A stretch of 64,000 nucleotides of DNA from Caldisericia bacterium (lineage in GTDB: Bacteria > Caldisericota > Caldisericia > UBA6126), in contig JAQVSG010000005.1 of NCBI GenBank assembly GCA_028700655.1, positions 1,702 through 65,701 of the forward strand, read 5' to 3'. The notes under the pieces are model-generated. The model worked only from the letters and a program-made list of their open reading frames with translations. It ran no database searches and was not told the origin of the DNA. This document shows positions 18,923 through 30,500 of the stretch, in pieces (position 1 is the stretch's first letter; each line of letters begins with the position of its first letter). The position numbers were made by a program, and so were the translations under genes.

Positions 18923-19582
18923 ATGAATACACATTTGACGTCTTCAAAAATATGGTTATTTGATGTTGATAAAACGCTCTACCCGCCCAATAATGGCCTA
19001 TTTCAAGAAGGAAATAAAAGAATCAATCGCTATCTCGAAAAACACCTACAGCTTGATCCATCCGCAGTAAATTCACTTCGTAAAGAATATATGGAAAAAT
19101 ATGGAACCAGCTTGCTTGGATCGATCAAAGAAAAAGGATTGGATGGGAATGATTTTCTACACTACGTCCATTCTTTCCCTCTAAATCAGTACCTAACTCC
19201 CCAACCTTTATTGTTATCATTTTTAGACAATCTACCCGGGAAAAAATACATTTTTTCCAATGCCCCCCAAAAGTACATTTCGGAAATTCTCTCCATCGTT
19301 GGAGTTCAGTCTGTTTTTACAAAAATTTACGGAATTCAGTCATTTCGATTCCATGGAAAGCCCCATGTTTCTTCATACAAAAGAATTCTCCACTGGATTG
19401 GTGCAAAACCCCAGCATTGCATTCTTGTAGACGATATGAAAATAAATTGTGATATTGCGATACAACTTGGTCTTCAAGCTATTTGGATTGATGAAAACCA
19501 AAGGTATAATGATTACTATACGGAAATTTTGATTCCTTGTCTTGCACAATTTTTATCTACACAAGAATGGGAGCTTCACTAA
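18923..19582 (+). CDS. HAD-superfamily hydrolase (pyrimidine 5'-nucleotidase-like)
   Basis: HAD motif I FDVDKTLY and a late VDD motif are present. The size and pattern fit the SDT1/YjjG-like subfamily. Confidence 0.7.
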   Translation: MNTHLTSSKIWLFDVDKTLYPPNNGLFQEGNKRINRYLEKHLQLDPSAVNSLRKEYMEKYGTSLLGSIKEKGLDGNDFLHYVHSFPLNQYLTPQPLLLSFLDNLPGKKYIFSNAPQKYISEILSIVGVQSVFTKIYGIQSFRFHGKPHVSSYKRILHWIGAKPQHCILVDDMKINCDIAIQLGLQAIWIDENQRYNDYYTEILIPCLAQFLSTQEWELH

Positions 19583-19583
19583 T

Positions 19584-20645
19584 ATGAATATATTGATTTT
19601 TTTTGGTGGTATTTCTCCTGAGCACGAGATCTCAGTTATTTCCTCCCAAACCGTTGTAAAAAATATAGATCTTCAGAAACACACGCCTATCCTTGTGGGT
19701 ATTTCACCTACGGGCCAATGGCGATTGTTTTCTCTAGAAGATTTTTTTAAAATCCATAGAGTGGAAGATCTAGACGATACGCCACCGATTTCTTTGCAGT
19801 TTTCAAAACATCCTCTTTTGCACATAGAAGGAGAAACCCTTCCGATCCACTGTGCATTTCCAATTCTCCATGGTAAAGCAGGCGAAGACGGTTGTATTCA
19901 AGGCTTACTAGAATCCTTTCATATTCCCTATGTAGGTTGCGATGTCGAATCTTCCTCATTATGCATGAATAAAATCCTTACAAAAATTGTCCTTGCCCAA
20001 GCAAACATCCCTATTACTCCGTATCAAACTCTGACAAGACACCAGTTTCAAGAAGCTAACTTCTCTCCGCAAGAGTATATTGATACATTTGACCTACCTG
20101 TGTTTATTAAAGAACCTCATGGTGGTAGCAGCATTGGTGTGTCAAAAGTTTCTCGTCCCGATCAATTCTATTCAATATTAAAAGACCTTTTTCAGCATGA
20201 AAACACGGCTCTTATAGAAAAAACAATCATAGGAAGAGAGATTGAATGCGCCGTCTTAACATCCATCCAAAATGACTCTATTCATTGGATGGCTTCCTTG
20301 CCTGGAGAAATCATTCCAAAGAGAGAATTCTATGACTACACAGCAAAATATCTGGAAGATACAACCCAACTTGATGTACCTGCTCACCTTCCTAAAGAAC
20401 TCGTGCACGAAATCCAATCCTTGTCTATAAAAGCTGCCAAAACTGTTGGATGCTTCGGATTAGCAAGAATCGATTTCTTTCTGACAAAAGACAATCACAT
20501 TGTTGTCAATGAAATCAATACGATCCCTGGTTTTACCTCTATTTCCATGTATCCCTCCCTTTGGAGAGCAAGTGGGATGGATACCCCTCAATTAATTGAA
20601 AATCTCATTCAATCAGCATTTTACCGAAAGGAATCAACCCTATGA
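19584..20645 (+). CDS. ddl: D-alanine--D-alanine ligase
   Basis: ILIFFGGISPEHEISVIS N-terminus and an ATP-grasp core ending in EINTIPGFT are present. The ATG at 19584 lies just after the stop of the HAD gene. Confidence 0.9.
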   Translation: MNILIFFGGISPEHEISVISSQTVVKNIDLQKHTPILVGISPTGQWRLFSLEDFFKIHRVEDLDDTPPISLQFSKHPLLHIEGETLPIHCAFPILHGKAGEDGCIQGLLESFHIPYVGCDVESSSLCMNKILTKIVLAQANIPITPYQTLTRHQFQEANFSPQEYIDTFDLPVFIKEPHGGSSIGVSKVSRPDQFYSILKDLFQHENTALIEKTIIGREIECAVLTSIQNDSIHWMASLPGEIIPKREFYDYTAKYLEDTTQLDVPAHLPKELVHEIQSLSIKAAKTVGCFGLARIDFFLTKDNHIVVNEINTIPGFTSISMYPSLWRASGMDTPQLIENLIQSAFYRKESTL

Positions 20646-22264
20646 ATACGAAATATTTGTTTATTGTAGGAGGCGTAATGTCCTCTCTTGGTAAAGGTAT
20701 TCTTACCTCTTCTATTGGAATGATTTTGAAATCCAAAGGATATCAGGTTAGTATTATTAAGTTTGATCCTTATCTAAATGTCGATGCTGGGTTGCAAAAT
20801 CCCTATCAACATGGAGAAGTTTTCGTCACTTCTGATGGAGCCGAAACGGATTTGGATCTGGGCCATTACGAACGATTTCTTGATCAAAATCTACTTCGTT
20901 CCTCCAATGTTACCTCCGGAAGCGTGTATCAAGAGCTGATTGAAAAAGAGCGCCGAGGTGAATACTTAGGAGCTACGGTGCAAGTCATTCCTCATTTAAC
21001 ACAAGAGATAAAAAATAGGATATTGCGTCACACAGAAGAAACAAAAGCCGATGTTATTATCTCTGAAGTGGGTGGTACTATTGGAGATATTGAAGGATCT
21101 CCATTCTTGGAAGCAATTCGCGAGTTTACCAATGAAAACAATCCAGACGATATTGCTTTGATCCATTTAACCTATCTTCCCCATCTATGCACAACAGGAG
21201 AACTAAAAACAAAGCCTACGCAGCACAGCGTAGCAGAGCTTCGCCGAGTTGGCATTAAACCTACAATTATAGCTTGTAGAACAGACATTCCGTTAGAAGA
21301 AGATATCCGAAATAAAATTTCTCTGTTTTGCGATGTAAAAAGAGATTTTATTTTTTCTGTTCAAGATGTAAAAAATGTATACGATGTACCCAGAATGATT
21401 GAAAAAGAAGGGCTTTGTAATGCATTGGAATCAGTTTGGAACCTTCAAACCAAAAAATGCAATATGGATAACTGGAACCATACCATCGATAAAATGAATC
21501 ACGTTAAGGATGAAGTACACATAGGAATCGTTGGGAAGTATGTTGAACTCGGAGATGCGTATTTGTCCATGGTAGAAGCATTAAAACATGCGCAGATACC
21601 CAACAATGTAAAAACCACAATTCATTGGTTCCAAAGCGAAGATATTACAAGTAAAAATGTTGAAGAAAAATTACATAACATGCATGGCATCCTTGTTCCT
21701 GGAGGTTTTGGGGTGCGTGGTATTGAAGGGATGATTATTGCCGCACAATATGCTAGAGAGAATCTACTTCCTTTCTTTGGAATATGTTTAGGCATGCAAA
21801 TAGCCGTCATTGATTTTGCTCGTCACGTTTTACAATTGGACAATGCCAATTCGACAGAATTTGATTCAAACACTCCATATCCTGTTATTGACCTGATGGC
21901 GGACCAAAAAAATCTGGACAAAAAGGGAGGTACCATGAGACTAGGTGATTACGACTGCAAAATAAAAAAACCTTCCAAAGCCTTTGAAATATATCAACAA
22001 GAACGTATTGTTCAAAGACATCGCCATCGTTATGAATTTAATAACGCCATGATGCCCTATTTTGAAAATTCAAATATGAAATTGTCTGGTTTTAACCCCA
22101 AAAGAGGATTGATCGAAATGGTAGAACTTGTGGATCATCCATTTTTTGTAGGCTGCCAATTTCATCCCGAACTCATTTCCCGACCGATAAAACCCGAACC
22201 CCTTTTCACCCACTTCACGAAAGCGGCAAAGAAACACAAAGAATCCATTGCCAAGAAACCATAA
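20642..22264 (+). CDS. pyrG: CTP synthase
   Basis: GGVMSSLGKGI synthetase N-terminus and glutaminase motifs GICLGMQ and HRHRYE are present. It is joined to ddl by an ATGA overlap. Confidence 0.96.
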   Translation: MNTKYLFIVGGVMSSLGKGILTSSIGMILKSKGYQVSIIKFDPYLNVDAGLQNPYQHGEVFVTSDGAETDLDLGHYERFLDQNLLRSSNVTSGSVYQELIEKERRGEYLGATVQVIPHLTQEIKNRILRHTEETKADVIISEVGGTIGDIEGSPFLEAIREFTNENNPDDIALIHLTYLPHLCTTGELKTKPTQHSVAELRRVGIKPTIIACRTDIPLEEDIRNKISLFCDVKRDFIFSVQDVKNVYDVPRMIEKEGLCNALESVWNLQTKKCNMDNWNHTIDKMNHVKDEVHIGIVGKYVELGDAYLSMVEALKHAQIPNNVKTTIHWFQSEDITSKNVEEKLHNMHGILVPGGFGVRGIEGMIIAAQYARENLLPFFGICLGMQIAVIDFARHVLQLDNANSTEFDSNTPYPVIDLMADQKNLDKKGGTMRLGDYDCKIKKPSKAFEIYQQERIVQRHRHRYEFNNAMMPYFENSNMKLSGFNPKRGLIEMVELVDHPFFVGCQFHPELISRPIKPEPLFTHFTKAAKKHKESIAKKP

Positions 22265-22267
22265 ACC

Positions 22268-25048
22268 ATGTCGAATAAAAATATTATTCTTCGTGGTGCC
22301 CGAGTACATAATCTGAAGAACATTCACCTAACTTTACCTCGAGATAAATTGATTGTCATCACAGGGCTTTCTGGTTCTGGGAAATCCTCTTTGGCATTCG
22401 ATACTATCCATGCAGAAGGACAGAGAAGATATCTGGAATCGTTATCATCTTATGTACGACAATTTATTGGGCAAATGAAAAAACCGGATATTGACCATAT
22501 TGAAGGCTTGTCACCTACGGTAGCAATTACGCAGAAAACAAGCAGTCAAAATCCTCGTTCGACGGTGGGTACCCTTACTGAAATTTATGATTATATGAGA
22601 CTTCTTTGGGCTCGAGTAGGAACTCCTCATTGCCCTTTGTGTGGAAAAACAATCGAAAGTCAATCGGTTGACCAAATTGTGGATTCTATCTTGGAGCAAT
22701 GGTATCAAAGTAAAATTCAAATCCTGGCTCCCATTGCAAAACAAAAGAAAGGTGAATACAAAAATATTTTTGCTTCTTTGCGAAAAAAGGGATTTGTTCG
22801 GGTTTATGTAGATGGCACTTTATACGATTTAGACGATGCCATTTCCTTAAAAAAAACCATTAAACATGATATATCTGTTGTTATTGATCGAATGAAAGTA
22901 CATCCTGAGGATCGAAGTCGCATAACAGATTCTGTAGAACAAGCACTCCTTATAGGAGACCATGTACTGGATATCCTCTACGAAGACGGTGAGAGCCATT
23001 GGAATACGAAAACGTACTCAGAAACCTTTGCATGTATTGATTGCAATATATCGTTACCCGAAATTGAGCCCAGGCTTTTTTCGTTTAACAACCCCTCTGG
23101 CGCATGCCCCACTTGTTCTGGTTTGGGCTATATACGAGAAGTCGACCCTGCTCTTGTTGTTCCTGATCCTTCCCTCTCCGTATCTGAGGGTGCTATTTTT
23201 GTCCCTGGTTTTCGGAATACTAATGACAGCTATATTCTTCGTAAATTGGAACGGTTTCTAAAAATGCATGGAGAATCCAGCAATACTCCTTTTCAAGATC
23301 TTACTCCTGAAATGCAACACATTTTATTGTTTGGAAAAGGACGATTTGAAGGTATTATTCCAACCATTCAAAGACGACATCGAGAAACTTTATCGGAATC
23401 CTCTCGATTGGAATATGAGAAATATATGACAACAAATCTCTGTTCTTCTTGCCGTGGAGCTAGATTAAAGCCAGATGCTTTAGCCGTAACGATTCAAGAT
23501 AAAAGCATATTTGAAGCTTCTGAGATGTCGATTCGCAATCTTCTCCCATTTATGGAATCTCTTCATTTTTCTCCCTCCAAAACCATTATTGCTTCGCGCA
23601 TTTTAAAAGAAATCACCCAGCGATTACACTTCATCATTAATGTTGGTCTTGAGTATTTAAGCCTCTCCAGATCCTCTGCATCTCTTTCCGGAGGAGAAGC
23701 CCAAAGGCTACGACTTGCATCACAAGTTGGCTCTGGCTTGATGGGTGTTTTATACATTCTTGACGAACCCAGCATCGGTCTGCACCCCAAAGACAACGAA
23801 AAACTGCTAGATACATTGATGAAATTGAGGGATACAGGAAATACAGTGATCGTCGTAGAACATGACGAGGAAACCATACGCAAAGCCGATTATATTGTTG
23901 ACATGGGCCCTTTAGCCGGGATCAAGGGAGGAGAAATTGTTGCCCAAGGATCGTTAGAAGAAATACTGAAGTCCGATCAATCTCTTACCGCTAAATACTT
24001 AAACGGTACGACATCCATACCCATTCCGAAACAAAGACGAGAAGGCAATGGGAAGCAGATTGTTTTAAAAGGTGTAAAAGAGCACAATCTCAAGAATATA
24101 TCGGTTACATTTCCACTGGGTACAATCATTTGTATAACCGGTGTTTCTGGATCGGGCAAAAGCACTCTTATTAACGATGTATTATACAAGGCAATAAAGA
24201 AGGAATTCGGGAGTCGCAATGTACTCCCTGGAGAATACAAGAGCATGGAAGGATGGGAGCATATTCAAAAATGCATGCTTGTAGACCAAAATCCCATCGG
24301 TCGAACACCCAGATCCAACCCAGCCACATATGTAGGACTATGGACAGAAATTCGACAGATTTTCTCTACCCTTCCTGAATCCAAAATTCGAGGATATTCT
24401 CAAGGACGATTCAGCTTTAATGTTCGTGGAGGTCGGTGTGAAAGCTGCAAAGGCGATGGACTAGTAAAAGTAGAAATGCAGTTTTTACCCGATGTATATG
24501 TTCCCTGTGAAGTTTGTAAAGGTAAACGCTTCAATCGAGAAACACTCGAAATTGAGTATCGTGGATCGAATATCTATGATATATTGGAAATGACTGTGAA
24601 CGAGGCTTTAGAATTATTTTCTGCCTACCCCCAAGCTGTTCGGAAACTGTCCCTTTTACAAAATGTTGGGTTGGGTTACATTAAACTTGGACAATCCTCT
24701 ACCACCTTATCTGGAGGAGAGGCACAACGCATTAAATTAGCTCTTGAATTAAGCAAACGAACCATAGGTCATACCTTATATATACTGGACGAACCTACTA
24801 CGGGTCTCCATTTCGAAGATATTAAAATGCTCCTTTCTGTTTTGCAGCAGTTGGTTGATAAAGGAAACAGTATCATTATCATTGAACACAACGTAGATGT
24901 TATAAAATGTTCCGATTACATCATAGACCTAGGCCCTGGTGGTGGAGAATTTGGTGGCAACGTCATTGTCCAGGGCTCTCCTGAAGATGTGATTCGGAAT
25001 ACAAAAAGTTATACTGGAGCGTATCTGAAATCTTTGTTAAAACAATGA
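22268..25048 (+). CDS. uvrA: Excinuclease ABC subunit A
   Basis: Two ABC modules (GLSGSGKSSLAFDT, GVSGSGKSTLIND), two LSGGE signatures and zinc modules (CPLCG, CxxC pairs) are present in 926 aa. Confidence 0.96.
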   Translation: MSNKNIILRGARVHNLKNIHLTLPRDKLIVITGLSGSGKSSLAFDTIHAEGQRRYLESLSSYVRQFIGQMKKPDIDHIEGLSPTVAITQKTSSQNPRSTVGTLTEIYDYMRLLWARVGTPHCPLCGKTIESQSVDQIVDSILEQWYQSKIQILAPIAKQKKGEYKNIFASLRKKGFVRVYVDGTLYDLDDAISLKKTIKHDISVVIDRMKVHPEDRSRITDSVEQALLIGDHVLDILYEDGESHWNTKTYSETFACIDCNISLPEIEPRLFSFNNPSGACPTCSGLGYIREVDPALVVPDPSLSVSEGAIFVPGFRNTNDSYILRKLERFLKMHGESSNTPFQDLTPEMQHILLFGKGRFEGIIPTIQRRHRETLSESSRLEYEKYMTTNLCSSCRGARLKPDALAVTIQDKSIFEASEMSIRNLLPFMESLHFSPSKTIIASRILKEITQRLHFIINVGLEYLSLSRSSASLSGGEAQRLRLASQVGSGLMGVLYILDEPSIGLHPKDNEKLLDTLMKLRDTGNTVIVVEHDEETIRKADYIVDMGPLAGIKGGEIVAQGSLEEILKSDQSLTAKYLNGTTSIPIPKQRREGNGKQIVLKGVKEHNLKNISVTFPLGTIICITGVSGSGKSTLINDVLYKAIKKEFGSRNVLPGEYKSMEGWEHIQKCMLVDQNPIGRTPRSNPATYVGLWTEIRQIFSTLPESKIRGYSQGRFSFNVRGGRCESCKGDGLVKVEMQFLPDVYVPCEVCKGKRFNRETLEIEYRGSNIYDILEMTVNEALELFSAYPQAVRKLSLLQNVGLGYIKLGQSSTTLSGGEAQRIKLALELSKRTIGHTLYILDEPTTGLHFEDIKMLLSVLQQLVDKGNSIIIIEHNVDVIKCSDYIIDLGPGGGEFGGNVIVQGSPEDVIRNTKSYTGAYLKSLLKQ

Positions 25049-25057
25049 AAGGATCGT

Positions 25058-25828
25058 ATGTTACTAAGCAAACCTCTTTCCGTCCAGAGTGATATTCTAT
25101 CGAAAACTGGTTCTACCGAAAATTATTTTGCAGATATCTGGCTTCAGGCATTCCAAATGCCTCACAATCATCGATTAACAATGGCAATCGCGAGTCCCCT
25201 ATTTTGTAGTTCGACCAGCAAAACACCCAGTGAATATGCAATATCTCGACTTGGGACTATAATTGCTGAAAAACATCATGTCGAAGAAGAGCAAAAACCT
25301 AAAGATTTTTATGTCCGCGTTTTTTCGCTTATTCAAGAAGGTCTTCAAAAACGTTCGATCACAACCAATACAGATATGACAACATCCTTGCTGGCACTTA
25401 CTATTGATGATGCAAATATAGCACATTATTGCAATGCAGGATACTGCAAAGCCTTACTTTGGAATAAAAACTCCTTGTTTAGTCTTACGCCCACGTCCAA
25501 TCCCGATAACCAGATATCACTTCCACTAGGCATGATTGACCCCATCAAGCTCTCTATCACAAAACCAGAAATTGAATACTCACAAGTCCGATTAAAACGA
25601 GGGAATAGCATTGTCCTTCTCTCTCCCGGAATCATTGAAAAAAACGATATGCCCCAAAGAATTAAGAAAATTCTGGTGGAGAGTAAAGACACAAAAGTAA
25701 TATGCCATCGCATTATGGAAACCTATCAAACGAGTCTAACAGAGGCCCAAAATCCTGAAGATACTGTTCCTACAAGCTCTTTCCACGAGAATATTGCAAC
25801 CATCATCGGTTGCATCTACATCAACTAA
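25058..25828 (+). CDS. Hypothetical protein with weak, degenerate PP2C/SpoIIE-like pattern
   Basis: SLLALTIDDANIAHYCNAGYCKALLW and SIVLLSPGI resemble PP2C strands, but the metal-binding Asp positions are not conserved. The function is not supported. Confidence 0.5.
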   Translation: MLLSKPLSVQSDILSKTGSTENYFADIWLQAFQMPHNHRLTMAIASPLFCSSTSKTPSEYAISRLGTIIAEKHHVEEEQKPKDFYVRVFSLIQEGLQKRSITTNTDMTTSLLALTIDDANIAHYCNAGYCKALLWNKNSLFSLTPTSNPDNQISLPLGMIDPIKLSITKPEIEYSQVRLKRGNSIVLLSPGIIEKNDMPQRIKKILVESKDTKVICHRIMETYQTSLTEAQNPEDTVPTSSFHENIATIIGCIYIN

Positions 25829-25840
25829 CTAGGAGGAACA

Positions 25841-27058
25841 ATGAAAACAAGTGGTGAAAAGAAGATTGAATGGGTACGAAATCATATGCCACTTCTTTCC
25901 ATGTTAGAAGATCAATTTGTTACGACGACACCCTTCAAAAACATCACCATAGCAATTTGTATACACCTAGAAGCAAAAACAGCGAGACTTGCTGAAGTAT
26001 TGGCGAAAGGGGGAGCTACCGTATTATTGTCAAGTAGCAATACTCTTTCAACCCAAGACGATGTGGCAGCTGCGATTGCCGAACATGGAGTACAAGTGTT
26101 CGCCAAACATGGTTGTTCAGACGCGGAGTACTATTCTTTTCTTCGTCAAATACTACAAAAAAAACCCGCCCTTATTTTAGATGACGGAGGTGATCTCACA
26201 CACCTTCTGCATGAAGAATATTCTCACCAAATCTCCTCTATGTTGGGTGGATGCGAAGAAACAACAACGGGTGTCATTCGATTACAATCACGAAACAGGC
26301 AAAACCAACTTCGGCTACCCATGATTTTAGTCAACAATGCCCATTCCAAATACCTTTTTGATAATCGATATGGCACGGGTCAATCTGTCTGGACATCGAT
26401 TATGAATGTAACCAACCTAATTGTAGCTGGCAAGAAAGTAGTAGTCGCTGGATATGGATGGTGTGGCAAGGGTGTGGCAAGTAGAGCCAAAGCACTTGGA
26501 GCTTCTGTGATTGTTACAGAAGTAAATCCCATCAAAGCTATGGAAGCTCATATGGATGGCTTTCAAGTCATGACTATGGAAAAAGCTGCTCCTTTAGGAG
26601 ATATTTTCATAACTGTAACAGGATGCAAAGAAGTTGTCTCTTCCCGCCATTTTAATGGTATCAAAAACAATGCTATCCTTTGCAATGCAGGGCATTTTAA
26701 TGTAGAAATAGACATGAAAGCTTTAGAAGACATAACAATCCACAAGAATTGTGTCCGAGATCATATTTCACAACACATTCTTTCAAATGGTAATAAAATT
26801 CACGTTTTGGCCGAAGGTAAACTGGTAAATCTAGCATCAGGAGATGGTCATCCAGCAGAAATTATGGATTTATCATTTGCTTTGCAGGCTCTATCTGCTT
26901 TGTATTTAATTGAACACCCTCTCCGTGTAGGTCTTTATCCCGTCCCTACTGCCATTGATGAAAAAGTGGCCTCTCTCAAACTTCAATCCTTGGGTCTTTG
27001 CATCGATCAACTGACTCCCTCTCAAAAAGAGTATATAGAGTCTTCTGCCATAGACTAA
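25841..27058 (+). CDS. ahcY: Adenosylhomocysteinase
   Basis: NAD-binding GYGWCGKGVA, EVNPIKA and GHFNVEID are present, with SD aggagg upstream. Confidence 0.93.
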   Translation: MKTSGEKKIEWVRNHMPLLSMLEDQFVTTTPFKNITIAICIHLEAKTARLAEVLAKGGATVLLSSSNTLSTQDDVAAAIAEHGVQVFAKHGCSDAEYYSFLRQILQKKPALILDDGGDLTHLLHEEYSHQISSMLGGCEETTTGVIRLQSRNRQNQLRLPMILVNNAHSKYLFDNRYGTGQSVWTSIMNVTNLIVAGKKVVVAGYGWCGKGVASRAKALGASVIVTEVNPIKAMEAHMDGFQVMTMEKAAPLGDIFITVTGCKEVVSSRHFNGIKNNAILCNAGHFNVEIDMKALEDITIHKNCVRDHISQHILSNGNKIHVLAEGKLVNLASGDGHPAEIMDLSFALQALSALYLIEHPLRVGLYPVPTAIDEKVASLKLQSLGLCIDQLTPSQKEYIESSAID

Positions 27059-27131
27059 AACATCTTCCTTTATCTCTTATTTTCATTCCCTGTTCCTTTA
27101 AAAAAACTACTTTTTGTATTATACTTCCTAC

Positions 27132-27581
27132 ATGAAGCAGGAACATCAAGGTTTAAAATCAATTGCGATGAACAAAAAGGCTTTTCACGACTACCATATA
27201 TTGCAGAAAATGGAAGCAGGTATTGTTCTAACCGGCCCAGAGATAAAGGCCATACGAGCAGGTCGAGTCAATTTTATTGACAGCTATGTTTCCATTGATA
27301 GTGGTCAACCTTGGCTTTACAATCTGCATATTCAAGCCGATGTTGCCTATGGCTCTTACCAGCCTACACAAAAAAGAAAACTATTACTTCACAAAAAAGA
27401 AATCCACAAGATATCCCAAAAAGTCCTGCAAAAAGGCCTAACAATCATTCCCCTCCAGGTTGTACTCAAAAATCAATGGGCAAAAGTAATCATTGCTCTT
27501 GCGCAAGGAAAAACAAAGTACGACAAACGACAAGCACTTAAGAAGAAGGAGGAACGAAGAGAATTAAGGAACATAGTATGA
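27132..27581 (+). CDS. smpB: SsrA-binding protein SmpB
   Basis: IAMNKKAFHDYHIL, GPEIKAIR and a basic C-terminal tail are present. The first ATG is used instead of the TTG at 27114. Confidence 0.9.
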   Translation: MKQEHQGLKSIAMNKKAFHDYHILQKMEAGIVLTGPEIKAIRAGRVNFIDSYVSIDSGQPWLYNLHIQADVAYGSYQPTQKRKLLLHKKEIHKISQKVLQKGLTIIPLQVVLKNQWAKVIIALAQGKTKYDKRQALKKKEERRELRNIV

Positions 27582-30500
27582 AACCAATCGTGCACAAATC
27601 AATCGGTTCAAAAATGACCCGTATCTTTCTAGTGGTGCTTTTGTGTATTTCTCAATGTCCACTTCATTCCAATGCCGAATCCTTACGATACGCACTTATC
27701 AGCCCCATCGTGAACGTAAGAAATGCAACCTCCACGAAGGGCGATATAGTATATGTCATCGAAAGTCCTGGCGAATACTTAATTCTGCAGGAAAGCAAAG
27801 ACGCCCAAGGAGAGATTTGGTACAAGATTCAAATCAAAGATGATATACATGGTTTTGTTGCCAACTGGGTTGTAGATTCTATTCGGACAGCAGAAAAGGA
27901 AACACCCATTGAAGGGTTGATTGTTGTTATTGAACCGGGCGTTAAAATCCGCACCAGGCCAAGTCTACATGCGGCTATTCATTACATCACTTCCGAACAA
28001 GAAGAAAAACAGGTTTTTGCCTCCATGAACGATGAAAACAATCGCAAATGGTACAAGATTCAAATGGAAGACCAGCAATATGCATGGGTGGCTAGCTGGG
28101 TGGTACAGACCAAAAGTGACACACCCGACCAAAAAAGTGCCACCGATAAACTCATTATTTGCGACTCTGTAAACGTCAGAAAAGGTCCCAGCGTAGATTA
28201 TCCTGTTGTATACTACATTTCGTCTCACCTAGAAACAAGAGGGATTGCCGAAGAAACAGATTCAAATGGAAAAATCTGGTATAAGATACGACTCCCCAAT
28301 AATATCGAAGGTTGGGTTGCGAGTTGGGTGGTGAAAGTACAAAACTGGTCCGACCAAAAACAACAAGTTACCAACAAAATCTGTGCTATAGAACCTCCCG
28401 TCAACATCCGTTCTGGACCTTCAACAACTGCTTCCATCATAACAACCGTAGATCGATATGGTGAATTTGAAATATTATATCAGTCCAAGGACATGAATGG
28501 AAAACTTTGGTATGAGATACGCATTGACAAAGGTACTGGATGGGTAGCAAGTTGGGTTGTTCGTGTGAAGAGTACGGGAGATACGAACGAAACACTGCAA
28601 GCTGTCAATGTACGAAGCGGACCGGGTAGCGTTTACGACAAGGTATTTGAGATACCCTCTGGTACAAATTTTACCATTCAAGGTTCTATGAAATCCACCA
28701 ATGGCGATGTTTGGTTTCAAGTTTTAATGGGTGGAAAAACAGGTTGGATCTTTTATGAATCGGTTCGCGTTTCGCAGCCACCCACTCTCCCAGAAATGTA
28801 CCTGAATCAAATCGTACAAACCAAAACCCTCTCTTCTACCCCCACACTTTTCGAAGGACCTGGTGAAGCATACAAGCAAGTACAAATGGAATCGTTTCCC
28901 TCTTCTATCCAAATTTCGGCCATTGCAAAAAACAATCAAGATCAATGCTGGTTTCAATGTTCCATAAATGGCTCTATTGCATGGATTCAAGAAAAGTGGT
29001 TAGAACTACCTCTTGAAAAAGATTCCGAAGAAACACCTTCATTTCAACTTCAACACATTGAATGGTCAGAACATACAGATAGTGTCAATTTCACAATGTC
29101 GTTCGCAAATAAAGGGCTGGTATCCTACGAAAGCTACCAATTGCAAAACCCTCATCGAAACATTATTGAAATCAAAAACTGCCTTCTCCAATTCCCCGAT
29201 GATTCCACCAAAGATGAAGTTGTATTGATGGTTCAAAAACAAGGAATCCTCACCGCCCATATATTTCAATTTTCTGTTCACCCCAACATTGTTCGGATGG
29301 TTGTTGAATCAACAACAGATGTTCGTTTTATTACAGAAAGAAACGATCAATCGCTTGTCTTTCGATTTATGGATTATGCCAATTATGCAGGCCCAAAACT
29401 TACTATTAATGGAATTCAACTTGAAAACCAATTGGTTTTAAAGGAATACAAAGGCCATTTGTATGCCCCTTTGAAAGACATTGCTCAAACAATTCGAGGT
29501 ACTATTTCGTGGGATAATGTTAATCAACAAGCTATTTTACAAGTTGGCAACACAGTATATGGATTTAAAGCAGACAATAAAAATGTATATATCAAATCAG
29601 GTAGGGAAGATCGTATTGACATTCAAAACCCCATTTTGTCCTTCAATTCCTTACTTTACGTACCCATATCTGATTGTGACACGATATTTAATGCCCATTT
29701 TTATGCTCTTGGCAACCATTACTATCTTGACAATGCCCTTACAAAAGTTTCTTTCGATCAAAAGTTTAATGCAAGTATTTTTTCTTTTCATTTTTCATTC
29801 CCCATATCTCATACCATTTCAAAGGAAGAGAACCGTATCACCCTCCATATCCCCAATTCCACCTTGTCTTCCACGCTGCAACCTCCCCCCGATTCAGAAT
29901 GGATCAAAGCAAACTCTTTTGCTCGAACAGTGGACAACCAATCGGAAGCCACTATTGTTCTGTCTACCGCGGATAAATCACAAGTAGAAAGTGCTTTTAT
30001 CTCTACAGACAACCGATTAATAGTAACATTGAAACCAACCTCTGGAAAGGGATTACAGAATAAATTTATTGTCATCGACCCTGGTCACGGATCCTTTCGA
30101 GATAACGATTATTACGATACCGGGGGAATTGGCCCAACAGGCCTATTAGAAAGTGCTATTAATCTTAAAATTTCCCTAAAATTAAAAGCATTGCTTGAAG
30201 AAAATGGGGCTAAAGTCTTCCTCACAAGAGATAAAGAACAAGATAGTGCCAGTCCCTCATTAAAATCTCGTATTGAATTAGCCAACGCGAGTGGTGCAGA
30301 TATGTTCATTTCCGTTCATCAAAATGCATCTATCAATCACAAAGTAAAAGGGATCCAATGTTTTTATTGGCATGCCTCCTCCAAAACAATGGCTGAAAAG
30401 ATTTCAGACTCAATTTCAAAAGAAACGGGATTGGGAATTTTACAAATTTTACAACGCAAATTTGCAATCACAAATGCCATTACTTCCATGCCCTCAATTC

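Noticed and set aside
25829-25840. SAH riboswitch upstream of ahcY, and tmRNA near smpB (27059-27131)
   Set aside because: The gaps of 12 nt and about 70 nt are too short for these RNAs, and no conserved cores were seen.
29481-29987. 168-aa alternative-frame ORF on the same strand inside the amidase gene
   Set aside because: The annotated frame is continuous across 1013 aa with coherent domains. The alternative frame has no SD and no motif, so it is probably a chance ORF.
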